NCBI GenBank assembly: GCA_002633005.1
Contig: NMRA01000348.1
Span: 1 to 64,000 of the forward strand
Reading direction: 5' to 3'
DNA: 64,000 nt
Source of the DNA: Phoronis australis
Lineage: Eukaryota; Animalia; Phoronida
Of the stretch, positions 51,527 to 64,000 are shown in pieces. Position 1 is the first letter of the stretch, and each line of letters starts with the position of its first letter. Below the pieces are notes generated by a model. That model was given only the letters and a program-made list of their open reading frames with translations. It ran no database searches and had not been told where the DNA came from. The translations under genes were made by a program, and so were the position numbers.

Positions 51527-52576
51527 CTGCACTGATGAAATTATACAACGGACAAAAACATCCAGATAGCACTTTTTGTAGAACTATTGCCTGCACGGGC
51601 AGTTTATTCGGACTTGGCGTCCGAAGGCCCTTCGGACGACAGAGCCGACCTCATTCTCCGGAGTAAAAAGGCACTCAATAACACACGGTGAAACTTGTAA
51701 AGAGACGATCTGACGTACATGACCATAATGTCCACTACTTTGATCGGTATGGGACGCACACACAACGCCAGAAGTGATGGCTGATGTGAGCAAAAACATG
51801 ATCGTTTCCACACAAAAAGAATAGTGGTAGATTGCCCCTTGAAGATTAAAGCGAATTCTCTAGGGGATCGCTGCTTAACCCACCAGCAGCAGGTTTGGTA
51901 AACGACCATCTTGAAAAGTGGGTTGTGCGCAATGCCGTAGTGGTAATTTTAGCATTAAGTATACTTCTGAAACCCAGCGTATCACGCTGACCTCAGGGGT
52001 CCTTAAGGTATAATGAGCACGCAATGGGTGGGACTTGTCTTTTATTTTGATGCACTAGTAGATTTTCATTAAACGTGACAATTGTCTTCGATCCTCTCAG
52101 AGCGGGAACACCATTACTCGATTTTATTCAATTTCCCACCTTACCTATTCACCCTCATTTTTCTCGTAACATTGAGGCCTCCACGTTTTCCCGTTCCGCG
52201 TTCACAACGCCCATTGTTTCCAGTATTGATTCTATGTACTTCATTCTATTCCTTCTGCTTGTTCTCCGCTCCAGTGCCATTGCTTGTTACGCGTTTCTCG
52301 GCTTACTGAGTCGTCTCCACAGCATTATATTTATGGCTGCTCTCCTTCATTTTCAAGAATACAAACTTATTTTCTACATCAGTGCAGTCATTGCCAGCAT
52401 TGTGCGATTACACTTGGCTGTCCTCAATCTCCAACTGCTGGTTTATGAGCCTTTGCAGTTGGCACGCTCAGCAGTAGGAAAAAAGCAAAAAAAAGGGCTG
52501 CGCCGGACTATATTCTAGTTTTAGGTTGATCGCATTTGCTTTTGGCCAAAACATGAGCACGAACTTTAAAACTAGC

Positions 52577-52724
52577 GGTATAAATAGATTATTACATGTT
52601 CTCAGTCGTTATCCCCCTTATCTAGAGCCCTCGTGGACTTTGGAGAATTATAGCGATAATTCTCCAAAATCCACTCGGATAACGGGGGATAACGACTTCG
52701 CCATGTAATAATCTATAATTATCC
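52577..52724. mobile_element. Intact palindromic MITE
   Basis: atagattattacatg...gtcgttatcccc / ggggataacgac...catgtaataatctat, plus central hairpin ggagaattat..ataattctcc. Confidence 0.75.
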
Positions 52725-54155
52725 TATACGCGCGATGGTATGGCAATGTAATACGGGTCGTACTGTGAAGTTTTGTATGAAATAACTACTTTTCCGTATT
52801 CAACGCGCGATAAATACGGATGCCTCTTTTCTCGCCAAAATTCCCACCTGAGCACACAATACACAACACTTCATAAAATATGATTTTATATAAAGCATCA
52901 CTTTGGGTTCAGCTCCGTGCGCAATATTTTCGCATGCCAATGCTATGATATCCGTTTTCAAAACTAAACAAAAAAAGTGAAATAAATATATTGACAACTT
53001 TTCTTAATATACCTTGAAATTTTGCGCCTGAGCAGAACACTAAAATCACAAAAAGTTTCGAACTTGCCACAATATATTTGGGATTAGGAAAGCAATATGC
53101 ATTACCAATGCATGCCTCTTTTGCACAACACCAGTTAAGGTTCTTTACGGTCAAATATGAGTCAATTTTTAAATTCGTTCTCAAAACAATTAAAATACGT
53201 CGAGCCCAAATGCAAAACTGCAACTGCAGTAAATATTGTATTTTTTCAATTTTATGATAAATTCCGGAATACTTTCAACCTAAAAATGATAAGAACTGCG
53301 CGCAAGGAGCATTTTAAGAAACGTCTGAACGTGCATCAGCCACAACGTCTGGGTGTCCTGCACAGATATTACTCAACAAAGTCAAGAAAAATCGTCAAAA
53401 ACGTAAGCAAACTTCAAGTTAGAAATAGATTTAACGCAATCTCTGAGGAAAATACTGAAAATAGCAGATATGCACCCCAAGCCTGTAGCTGCTGCAAAAT
53501 ACAACTTGGCTGCCGTGTCATGCAGGCTGCAAAAATTCGTTCATAAAAAATTGCGTGCACGTATACGTGTCACACGATCTGCGATCACCATTGATTAAAG
53601 GAGGAAAACGGCACAAAAACAAGCGGAGCAATCTGTGGAAACCCGCTTCTTTAAGAATCCTTAGTGGGGCGTATAGGATAAATTTCGCCCGAGTGCAAAT
53701 ACTTTTGCATATCACGAATCGAGATATAATAACACACTGGTACAAACACGTACGTTGTATAAGCTATATATCTACAGTGTTATTTGTGGCATATTTTGAA
53801 TGTGGCCAACATGTACGTTGGTGGCTAATAAGTCACAAGTAATGAATGACAGAAGTCGACACATTTTTATTTTCGACGAAACAAGGAAGAGGGCGTATTG
53901 GCAGTGATTCAATTTAATGTGACACTAGTTTCGGCTGAACTCAATTCACGGACTTGTTAAATCACCTATCCCGCACAAATGCGCCCGTCTAACACGACTC
54001 TACTGGGAATCCAATGTTCGAAGTTTTCCGACGCAACTTGTATCTGAACAGGGACTCTCTCTTTTTCATGCGGTGCCGTGCGCACGCGTGGGTTATCTGG
54101 GATGCCGAACCGGATGAATCTCCAAAAAACACTTGAACTCGAGATTTCCGTCCTC

Positions 54156-57137
54156 CACTCCGGCCAACCCGCGATCGAGAACGCCCGGAAGGCGATCGAG
54201 AACGAGACCTTGCACCAAAAATGGCAGACGGCAGTGACGTACCCGGTGAGTTTAAGTGTCATTTCTGCTTAAATAGAGACCATTTTGGTACGAATGCTAC
54301 ACACAGAAAAGCGTCAGAGTGTAACATTTGTTGTGGATCTGAAATAATACTTGACTTTTTCTTATTTTTAAAATAAAGAGCTCAGAAATCAATGGCTTTC
54401 GGTAAAATGCCTTGCACCTCGTGAAATCGACACTTTCTACTTGTTTTTAGCAATTCCAGGGTTCTTAAGAAGAGACGTGTGACGTTTATAGTTTAATCGT
54501 CCCTGGTGACACCTTTGTTAGTTATGATTTGTGAAACAATTTGAGATATTTACCTGTACAAGCAGGTCCTTGTGCGAGACGGCGATCGGGAACGATGTCA
54601 TTAATTCTCTATGGCGATCGTGAACGCAAAAAAGAGATCGTGAACGCACATTTTTTTCTCTGCATTGGCCTGAATAGTCGTTAAAGTTACGGTATTATGT
54701 CAATAATTTGAGAATAATACGGAGTCTGAATTAGTTGATGGGTTGATTATTAATTACATTTCCGAGATCGTTTTTTCATTATATATAAGTGAGATTTAGC
54801 CTAACAAACATAACTGAATGCGTTGGATTTTTTCATTTGAACTGTAGCCACATGACGAGTCCTTCAAGGTGTTAAAGTCCACGCCTTCAAAAAAGAGTAG
54901 TACAACTGATTCATGTCACAACGTTCGAAGTGTGTGTTGTGGAGCCTCGTTCAGGAACTAAGAAATCGACTTAGTATGACTACATAGCAGTAAAATACAG
55001 TGACACTACACAAAGCAAGACCTGCGTCAAGAGTTTTTTACCAATATAGTAAAACACAGCATTAAGCATCGTGCTCAGGAACAAAGTCGATTCAGTGTTG
55101 TGTCTGTGATCAATGTTTCACGGAAAGAGTGAGCGTGATGCGACACCGCGTCACAGCACGAAGACACACCTTTCTGTGGTGAATGTGGCATGTCATGCAA
55201 ACAGTATGCCTCCTTCTACAGGCATAGCAAGCAGAAACGTCATGAATGAAATCATTAAGTCCAGTGGTAAAGGTTGTTAAGTCACTAGTTTATTCAGATT
55301 TACAGAGTCTCTGGTTGGTAGTTGTCTGATGTGCAGGTATTTCGACTTTTTTGTTTTGAACCTTTTTTCCTCAAGTTTCTTTCTATATTTGTGTTATTTC
55401 AAAAGGATCTTAAACAGAACCAGTACATTTTTGTAGTGCTTAGGTAGATTTAAATGGTAATACTAAGTGTCATTGGGCAATACTTACATACAATTGTTCT
55501 AACCAATAAGTATTTTAAAAGAAAATATATGTCTATGATTATTGTTGAAATTGCTTTCATATTGTTGTTGATTTCCTGTGAGAGACCATTATACTATCAA
55601 TCAGTCCTAAATATATTGTCTATGATTCAGTGATTATTTAGTCCAATACATTCCAAAAGTAATTCGTTGGAAATGTTCAATGGATTTGTTATGTTGATAT
55701 CCCTAAAGCAATAAATTTATATATTTCTGTACGACCAATTTTGAGGTATGTGTGATAAAAGATTAATATTACAATAGAAATGCTGTAATATTGTCGATTT
55801 CCTAAATCACTACAGTGTGTAGTTGAAGTGACGTTAATGACAACATGTTGTCTAGGTTTTGAGAAAATCACAAAAAGTATGTGTATTATAACTGTCTCAA
55901 TCTTTTTTCAGTGGCACATTAAACTGGAGATCATGAACTGATGATGCAGGTGAACTTAGGACCAAGACTACAAAACAGAAGAAAAGTCAAACACAACGTA
56001 CATTCAAGCCACACGGGGGCCACAAGTCAATCTGTTCATCTCTGTTTCGATGTTATCAGTAAAACATCAAGTAAAATCCCACCCGTTTTATCAGCACACC
56101 AGTTTACACAACTTTTAGATCCCAGACGTTTATGAGTGGGAATCTTTGAATCACCTCATGAAGTGTTGCCCCATGGGCAAGCTCATCATCATTCTTTGAC
56201 TTCACTGGCTATTTGTTTTTTTCCTTTTGCTGTCACAATTTTACAAGAATATTCCACACTCGCTTTCATCTCGGTGCTGCAACAATTTGTTTACCCTTGG
56301 CTGACACGCCACATGGAACAACTCCTGGGTGAGTCGTCAGTTTAGAAACCCTTGTTCTCAGTGGTTTCGTCTAAAAGTAGATGCCTGTCTGGTAGGATGT
56401 ACCTTCACGTCGTGGGTAACATGTTCGTTGAAGCAACAACAGTAAACTTGTTTCCTGAATTGAAAATAAATTCGTTTGTGAAACTAAAATTATGCTTCAT
56501 GTGTACATGTAGTGTTCATGACAATTTAACGGAAACATGCTATGCTGTTGTTCAGTTTAATACGAAAGTAACACAGTAATGACACAAAATGTGACTAATT
56601 CATTGCACCACACTTATTTTGTAACCTTTTCACGTTTTATAAGTAAAAAGTTCATTACTGTTCGACACACCACGATGCAATCCCGATCGTAAAAACAAGT
56701 ACAAATAAACACAAATTTGCGTTCCCGATCGCTTATCGTTGCGTTCTCGATCGCATCTTTCAGCAGGAAAGCGTCGAAAAATCAGAGATCTTGACAAATT
56801 TATAAAAAAACAAGCGATGCGTTATTATAATTTCACACGTTATTTCTTCAAAACTCCATGGTCAATTTATTGCCAAAATGACATATAATTCACCTTCGGC
56901 TTACGCGATGCCTTGGTCAACGTAACTTTTCTCCTATAATTGAAAGAGACACTAGCCTAAACCTCTACCTGCACTTCCTCAATTTGTTACGTCTTGCACT
57001 CGTGTGTCTGTTTTCACTTTGGAAGTAAAAACAACGAAAATTCATCAAACTTATTCACCTTGCCTGGCTTCGCTTCTCACGCCAAATTCGTTCTCGATCG
57101 CCTTCCGGTCATTCTCGATCGTGGGTTGGTCGGGGCG
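54156..57137. mobile_element. ~3-kb TIR DNA element with GCGATCG subterminal repeats and a decayed C2H2 zinc-finger cassette
   Basis: ~50-bp TIRs (CACTCCGGCCAACCC... / ...GGGTTGGTCGGGGCG); possible 6-bp TSD GTCCTC/GTCTTC. Relics CCVCDQCF and CGECGMSCKQYASFYRHSKQKRH at ~55095-55230. Confidence 0.7.
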
Positions 57138-60100
57138 GTCTTCTAAATATTCTTCTTATTGTTTTCTAGACTAGTTTCCCAACACCAACAAGGGCGAGGG
57201 TGGCAGGCCCGGAATCCAGAACATAGAGCCGATAGCTAAGCAGCGCGATAACCGTCCCGTTTCATGGGGAGCGTGAGAAGAAAACACTTGCTGAGAGCAG
57301 TTACGCAGTTTTGTCCGATTATCTTTTTTCGGGAATACGGGAATGTTTCTCGTTACCGGTACGGCTCCATTTTCTAAACTTTGTTTTTCGGCACTAGAAT
57401 TATTTTAATGTTGCCTGACCGACGAGCGTGACCGGATTTAACGCTTTTGAAGGAGAACGGAATGTCTCAGGGTCCCCTCACAACTGCAAAACGTTACTGT
57501 TGCCTGCGACGTTATTGAATTCACACACATGTTTTATTATCGTGGATGTTGGTTGTATATAGGTCACTGACACTTATGACTTTAATTAGCCTTTCTGCAG
57601 GAGTACACCCTCTGTCACCAAATAGCAATTCGCTGTCATTTTCGCTAAAAGTGAGCCCAATTTTGCTTGAAGAATTTACAGTGCTAACCTGGGGCGGAAA
57701 TGATTCCTGGAATACAGTGTTTGTCACTGATGACTCTAGCAACACTGTTTGAGGTCCAAGTACATCGAATAATTTGTTAACATAGTGGTGTTTGTGATCT
57801 ATACAGTTTGATACATCCAACACTTCAAGAGGGGTTCCCTTGGCTCCAGTCATAGATTAGATGACCCTGCTTTTACTTCAACGTAGCCATTTTTGATGAA
57901 ATTTGTCATGAACGGCCTTAGTTGTCCTTCTTACTAGACACGTTTTCCGGTCATCGGAACCAAAATTGCAAGATATGAAGATTGTGAGGCAGATCGAAAT
58001 ATTTGAACAAGCTGAAACATTTATAGCGTATAAAAAGTTTGTTTATGACAGATTTTCTGGTAAATGGGAACATTTTATTGTTCACGTTAACTCCATGCAG
58101 CAGTGGTTTAATTCATACGAGATTGGTCTTTCCTGAGGTGTACATGTGTGTATTTATGGATGTTTTTTGTACTTGTTTATTAATGATAAGCAAATCTATG
58201 TGTATATACGTAAAATGCTTAATCAAAAATGCTGTCTTGTGCCAAACGCAAATTGTTGTTTTCACTTCGATATTGATTACCCAGATATCATGCCTCTTGG
58301 TGCTTTCTGGGCAATGTATATCCATGGTATTGAAGATTACGTAATAAACTTGTTGGGGACGTTTTCTTCCTATGTTCATTGTTCATCATAATTGTTTTTG
58401 ACATTTCTCGTACTCTTTCATTATGAGCTCATAACAAGTGCATCTTATTACATGTATGTGTTCGAGAGTATAATGGCTTACATGAGTGATTCCCACGTCC
58501 AAATTTGCACTTAATGACGGCTGGATTCAATCGCTACAAACACATTGGATATCCGAGTATCAAGCAAAATGTTTAGTTTAGACTCGAACTTAAAAGCTTA
58601 ATGCTGGGGCCATAAAGGGTAAACTAGTAGTTTAGAAGCATTTCTGAGAATGTGTATGCTAAAGGCATTTTTAGTAAAAGTGGGGAGCCTATCTTTTTAG
58701 TGTTGTTATGGTATGCTGATTTCGGTTATGACTGTTCCCAAACTGGAATTCGAGTGTTTGATCATCTAATTTGAATAAACAAAAAGACCACCAAATCAAC
58801 AAGATAAGAAACATACTGGGGACCAGGAGTACAATATATCAAAAATAATTAGGAAATGGTTTGGTATTAAATAATTTAAGTTTGAGAATATGTTATCGAA
58901 AGTCATAAAATTCTCTATTCATGCTAATTAGCTTCCGCCATTCCCAAAAATTCAAATTTCGGTGTAGATTTAACAATTTGCAGGCAGACATGACAAATAA
59001 AGAATGAATATCTATCATGGGCGGCGCAGCTCTCAAACAATGGGGGACCAGAAAAATCCTTATGACACACGTAAAGATTTTTATTTCATCTCCACAAACT
59101 TACAAATGTTTATTAATAAAATCTGAATATGCAAATCAGAAACCAGAATTATCAATACTTTTTGCGAACATCTCATGATTTAGATAAAACATAAAAGTGT
59201 TGTAAACATAACAACGTGACATATGTATAAGTATGGGGCAGACACCCACGTTAACCATAATATACATGTACTCCAGCCTATGAGACGAACCAAACCCTAG
59301 ACACGAAGGCCTAGTATATTTTGTTCATCAAGAAAAATTCTTCACATACTACCTGCAAAATAGTAATTTTACAGAATATTCATTGCGACTAACCCGTGCA
59401 GCTATGGATCTAGTAACTGTAGATGTGTGTGTACTATGTTTGAAAAATCCTATAACAGGGAATTATTTGAGGATCCAGATTTTGTAAATTTCTGAGGGAG
59501 TGTACCTGTCGAGACTTGACACTGACTTCATTACAATTTACGGCGACTGGAAACTACGGATGTAGTCCAAGATTATAGTAAAACCGGCCACGGGTACGTA
59601 AACGCCAATAATCCTCATGCGAAGTGACAAGTTTCAAACTTTGTATCTCAGTTTAATTGTCCGTGCTCGCCGTGGAAAGAGAATAACCCAAACAGAATGT
59701 TTACTTGGAAAAACTTATGCTAAAAACACCATTTTATCCGAAGAATTGATAAACATTATGGAATGCCTTAAGATTGGACCTTGATTCAGGTCCGATAATT
59801 ATTATATTTTACATTCTATTAAAAATATCCGAGAAATTTTATCCGTGATCGGTGACTTTGAAAATTCAACACCTTCATATTAAGAGATGGGTATATGTTG
59901 CAGTAATAAAAAAGTTATACTTGATACAAGAAATGAAATAAACGACCTGTACCTCCAAATTGACTACTCTTTTATTTTTAAGAGCTCCTTTTTAAATTGC
60001 GGTCTGAAGCTATTCAGTTTGCGAAAGACAATTTAAAAAGCAGAGAGATTCTAGCCTAAAAATTTGAAAAAGTCAGATAATGTTTGAAATAAATAAAATT

Positions 60101-60320
60101 ACAAAATCCTCCAATTTTGATGAGATTTTAGAATGTACGTTTGTCTGTTGAATTTCGATGAGCATATGATAGTTGCCATGATAAGAACCCGTGCTAGTAT
60201 GATTTACCAAGGAGAAAAACCAACAAAAAACTCGGTAATTTAAAAAAAGAAACTTTGTCAAGAAAAAAATTACTAGATTAATGCGTAACGGAAATGAGCT
60301 TACAGATCAGAAGGAACGTG

Positions 60321-60398
60321 AACATGTACACATGCATTGTTCACATGAACATGTACACATGCATTGTTCACATGCATTGTTCACATGCATTGTTCACA
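60321..60398. repeat. Local tandem expansion (AACATGTACACATGCATTGTTCAC)
   Basis: Several repeats where unit A (~11840) has a single unit. Confidence 0.7.
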
Positions 60399-60574
60399 TT
60401 TTTAGCACTTTTAACAAAGATCTGCAGTCGAGGAAAGATAGTACTTAATAGTTTCATAAGGTTGGTAGAGTACATGAGTAGTACTTTGACAACAGCTCAT
60501 TTAAAATGACTTATTCTTGTTGAAATGACATAGATAAGTAATGGAATTTCGGGCCTTAAAGCGGGCCCACCCAA

Positions 60575-61095
60575 ATTAATATAGATGAGCCTCGCCGGAT
60601 GGGGGTCCGATACCAGGGCAGCCTGTATTAATATAGGTTGCCTCGCAGGATGGTGGCCGACAGCGGGACCCTCTATATTGATATAAAAAGCCCCGCCCGA
60701 AGGCGGCCAAAGAACGAGACTCTATATATTGATATAGAGGGACCCGCTTGAAGGTAGACGAAGAGCGAGGTCACCTATATTAATATAGGTAGCCCCGCTC
60801 GAAGGCAAGCCCTGCTTTAAGGCCGCTGAAGAGCGAAGCGCTATATTAATATACATGGCCCCACTCTTCATCCGCCTCAGGTGGAGCCACCTGTATTAAT
60901 ATAGAAGGGCCCCGCTCTTCGACCGCTTTCCGGCGGGTTACTCTATAATAATATAGGCGCCCCACTCTTCGGCCGCCTTCCGCAGGAGCCCTCTTATATT
61001 CCCCCATTGGCCACTTTCCGGCGCGACCCACCTACATTAATACGGGTGGCTTCGGTCTACAGCCACCTTAGGGCTTAGCCCGCTATATTAGTATA
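60575..61095. mobile_element. Foldback-type element, paralog of 12022-12530
   Basis: Same TATTAATATA/GAAGGCGGCC unit structure, with differences in unit number. Confidence 0.6.
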
Positions 61096-61459
61096 ATAAG
61101 AATAAGTCATTTTAAATAATAAGCTGTCTAGTCCTTATTTTATCACAACCAGTCAGGATATATTTACCTTTGACAGATTCGGCTGCTATCAGCAGCCGTC
61201 GTCCTGTGTTATTCATGAACAGGGGCGACAGAGGTTATAAGCTGAACAAAATTTGGAACAGCCTGATTACCACGACACCTACCGTCCAATAACTTCTGAA
61301 GCTGGCTGCTGACAGGAGCAAATATGTTCTTACTGGTTGTGAAAAGAGGAATTCAAACATGACGTTTTGGAAATTGGGGACTAGTGAATTGTTATTAATG
61401 GAAATGGAATACAATAGTAATATACTCGGCGGGCCAATATCTGTTACGAAAGCCTTAGC

Positions 61460-62360
61460 TGTCATAATGAATAAGAAAAATTAAAATCACCTGGTCCTGA
61501 ACACTTTTCAATTGAGTTTTAAACGTTTTTCTTGCAAGACATTTTTTTCGTTTCTGATTCGTTCATTTAACAATAGCTTTGTTAAAGAAGCTTTACTTTT
61601 TAATCAAAACCATGGTGGGGTGTGGTTTCACACTTACATGTACCAAACGGTAATAGATGCCGAGAATGTTTCACCAACTCCTTAACTAATCAACAGCAGT
61701 TATAAGATTTGATCTGGGTGCCTTGCGCAGCGCCTTAAACAGACAATTACCAAAAGGGTTTCTCAAGGCAGATATATTGAGGAAAATATATTTACGATCT
61801 AATGCAACATACATTTACATGTACATGTACCTAAGACTAATAATGATGATAGATTTTGAAAAGGCGTTTGACTTTGTATCCTGGAAATTTATACACAATA
61901 TGTTTATTTTTTCAATTATAGAAATAAATTTATCAGACATATTTTTCTCATTATGCGGGATCTCATCTCTCCGTGATCCAGCACAATCGTACCCCTGATT
62001 ACTTGGGAATTGGTCTAGGGAGACCCAATTTTGCCATATTCGTTGATCGTGTGTGCTGAAGGTATGGGTATATCGTTTCGGCAAAACCATGGAGTGGGGT
62101 AAATATAGGCACCAGATCTCATAGAATTATGCAATATGCAGAGAATCCGTAATTACATTCGATGATTCTAGTGAATCTTTGAAAAGTACCCTTAATCTAC
62201 TTAATCAGTTCTATAAATTTTCGGGCTTTGAACCGACCTAGAGAAAACAGAATGCGTGTGGATCAGAGCTATGAAGTTAACAATGACTGGCGCTTGTTTG
62301 TCCCGAGTAGAATTTTATATGGAGAAGAATATCCTTTAAAACACTGGGAGTTGCATTTTG
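61460..62360 (+). mobile_element. Degenerate Tx1/L1 RT fragment, paralog of 12860-14130 without the internal duplication
   Basis: DFEKAFDFVSWKF, GDP, QYA motifs. Confidence 0.8.
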
Positions 62361-62899
62361 TTAAAAATGCCACGTCTCATTAGATTGCGACTATGCAAAT
62401 GAAGTACCAGTTTACAAACAACCTCGGGTCTTCCGGTATGCCGGAAACTATCCGAGAACCAGTTACCATTACAAACTCGCGAAAGTCTCGTTTTCTGCGA
62501 CTATGTTTACGTAAATGAGTATGGTAATATGACATCGTTATCCTAATGGAACAAGTCACAGTTTTTATTATTTGTTCATTTCACTATTAAACAAAGATTG
62601 CGTAATATTTGGAATTACTAGGGTTTTCTATATAATCGCACTAGTTTTGCGTGTATCAGTTGGCGCTTTTTCAAAACTGCAGCTTATTTACAACTTTATT
62701 TCTTGATTATACTTATACACACAGTTCTCCAGGAAGACACAAGGTGGCGCTTGCTACAAATTTAAATATTCACGGTTTTAACGAGTCACAGAATCTTTAA
62801 GATCTCACTCTGATGGTCTCACTAAATTATTAGAAAGATTTAAGGAAATTCAAAATAGCACGATTCTTTGCACAACACAAAGTTTCAAATCCTCCATTC

Positions 62900-63385
62900 A
62901 AAATAACTGTCATGAAATCGTTTATGCTTACTTATAAATTTATTAGACTACTCAGTCCCTATGACAAATTCAGATTTACCTTAAAAATCGGCAGAAGTTC
63001 TCGAAGGCCTTCATGTCGTCTCTGCTGTCTTCTGTAGTCTAAATGGCGCTGTTTGAAGTTCTACGTCATAAATGTGGTAAAGCTTGTAACGCCCTTCATC
63101 TCAGTTCATTGTACGCTCATTCTTTCTGATATAGATCGATTCCATTATCCTACTACGATCACTGTTATTTTCATGTGGTAGAATTTTGGAGCTTTTCCAG
63201 TTAATAACATGATTATTTTGTTTAACGTGACCTGTAGAGAGGCTTTTCTTTCGGATCTTCTAAATACTCGGTTTGTGGTCTCCCTATGTTCTCTAGGCCG
63301 ATAAACAAATTCCTGGATCTCTCTCCAACGTAGGAAAAATCACACGACGACTGGTACAGTTAAAACAAGGGATGTTGTAAAAAAA
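62900..63385 (-). mobile_element. Penelope-like GIY-YIG fragment (longer than the copy in unit A)
   Basis: CDFSYVGE..RNL, HVKQNNHVINWKSSKIL, RIMESIYIRK, DEGRYKLYHIYD. Confidence 0.8.
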
Positions 63386-63944
63386 TACTAAAAGTAATGA
63401 ATTAGAGTCTTAGCTCAAAATCTAGAGTTTGTAGCTCGAATCTTGGGGTCAATGTGCGAACATCGACACACATCCGTCTGCGTAAACCATTACATGTACA
63501 GAATAATGATCTTGAGTTTGTTGCAAGTTTCTCCAAAAATAAACAATACAAAATTACATGTTGTGACGTCATAATGTCAGGCTATGTTGGACTTAACATA
63601 CCTCTTGCTGGACGAAGGATTATGGGTAATGTACCTACCACAAAGACGATGCTGTCACTGACTACCACGTATCACGGCCTCACCGTGACCTCTGGTGGAG
63701 ACTCGTACTAGCACCCTCGCAACAGCTATCTCATATATAACCGAATTCTACATTACGTTTCCGTGGGAGAGCGAGCACCTTTGAATGAAAATGCGGTTTC
63801 CTATCGATTTCTTTGTCGAGGCACTCTGGTATCCAACTAGTAAGAGCGTTGCGATTGCTGGACACGAGTATTTGTTCGAGTTGTACTCTTAAGCGACGTA
63901 AAGTTTATGATTTATCCAGGATGCTGTGAAGGCTTCTAAACTAT

Positions 63945-63985
63945 ACATACACGCACACGCACACACACAAACACACATACACATC
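63945..63985. repeat. (CA)n microsatellite, imperfect
   Basis: acacgcacacgcacacacacaaacacacatacac. Confidence 0.7.
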
Positions 63986-64000
63986 TCAGAATAGTTCGGT

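Larger units (their letters stand above)
30753..63201 (+). repeat. Segmental duplication unit B (part homologous to unit A)
   Basis: Same blocks in the same order and orientation as unit A, interrupted by large copy-specific segments. Confidence 0.92.

Noticed and set aside
52075-52518. 147-aa hydrophobic ORF resembling a membrane protein
   Set aside because: GTG start, no family motifs; hydrophobicity is explained by a pyrimidine-rich strand opposite a purine-rich relic.

Overview
AT-rich, repeat-dense eukaryotic DNA from a draft assembly with three N breaks. It is most likely a marine invertebrate, inferred from the TE families (HERO, Tx1, CR1/L2 with a 2A motif, DIRS, Penelope, BEL-like solo LTR, Helentron-type HINEs, a Sola3-like relic). 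The only host gene found is a minus-strand class A (rhodopsin-like) GPCR present as a head-to-tail tandem duplicate. Copy B is complete: 4 exons (50516-50219, 32064-31972, 28714-28610, 20429-19939), all introns phase 1 GT-AG, 328 aa. Copy A has exons 1-2 in the window (9541-9244, 1303-1211). Collinear homology blocks between 1-15 kb and 30.7-63.2 kb show a segmental duplication remodelled by copy-specific TE insertions and deletions. The best leads are the receptor's atypical motifs (NRF, CILP, Lys7.45, Arg3.40 in B, Glu2.50 in A), an RFX X-box in its proximal promoter, a compact pseudoknot-like RNA motif in the HERO 3' UTR, a 2A/StopGo motif in a CR1/L2 ORF2, and unclassified TIR elements. 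No CRISPR, rRNA or convincing functional tRNA was found. No clearly new biological system can be established from sequence alone.
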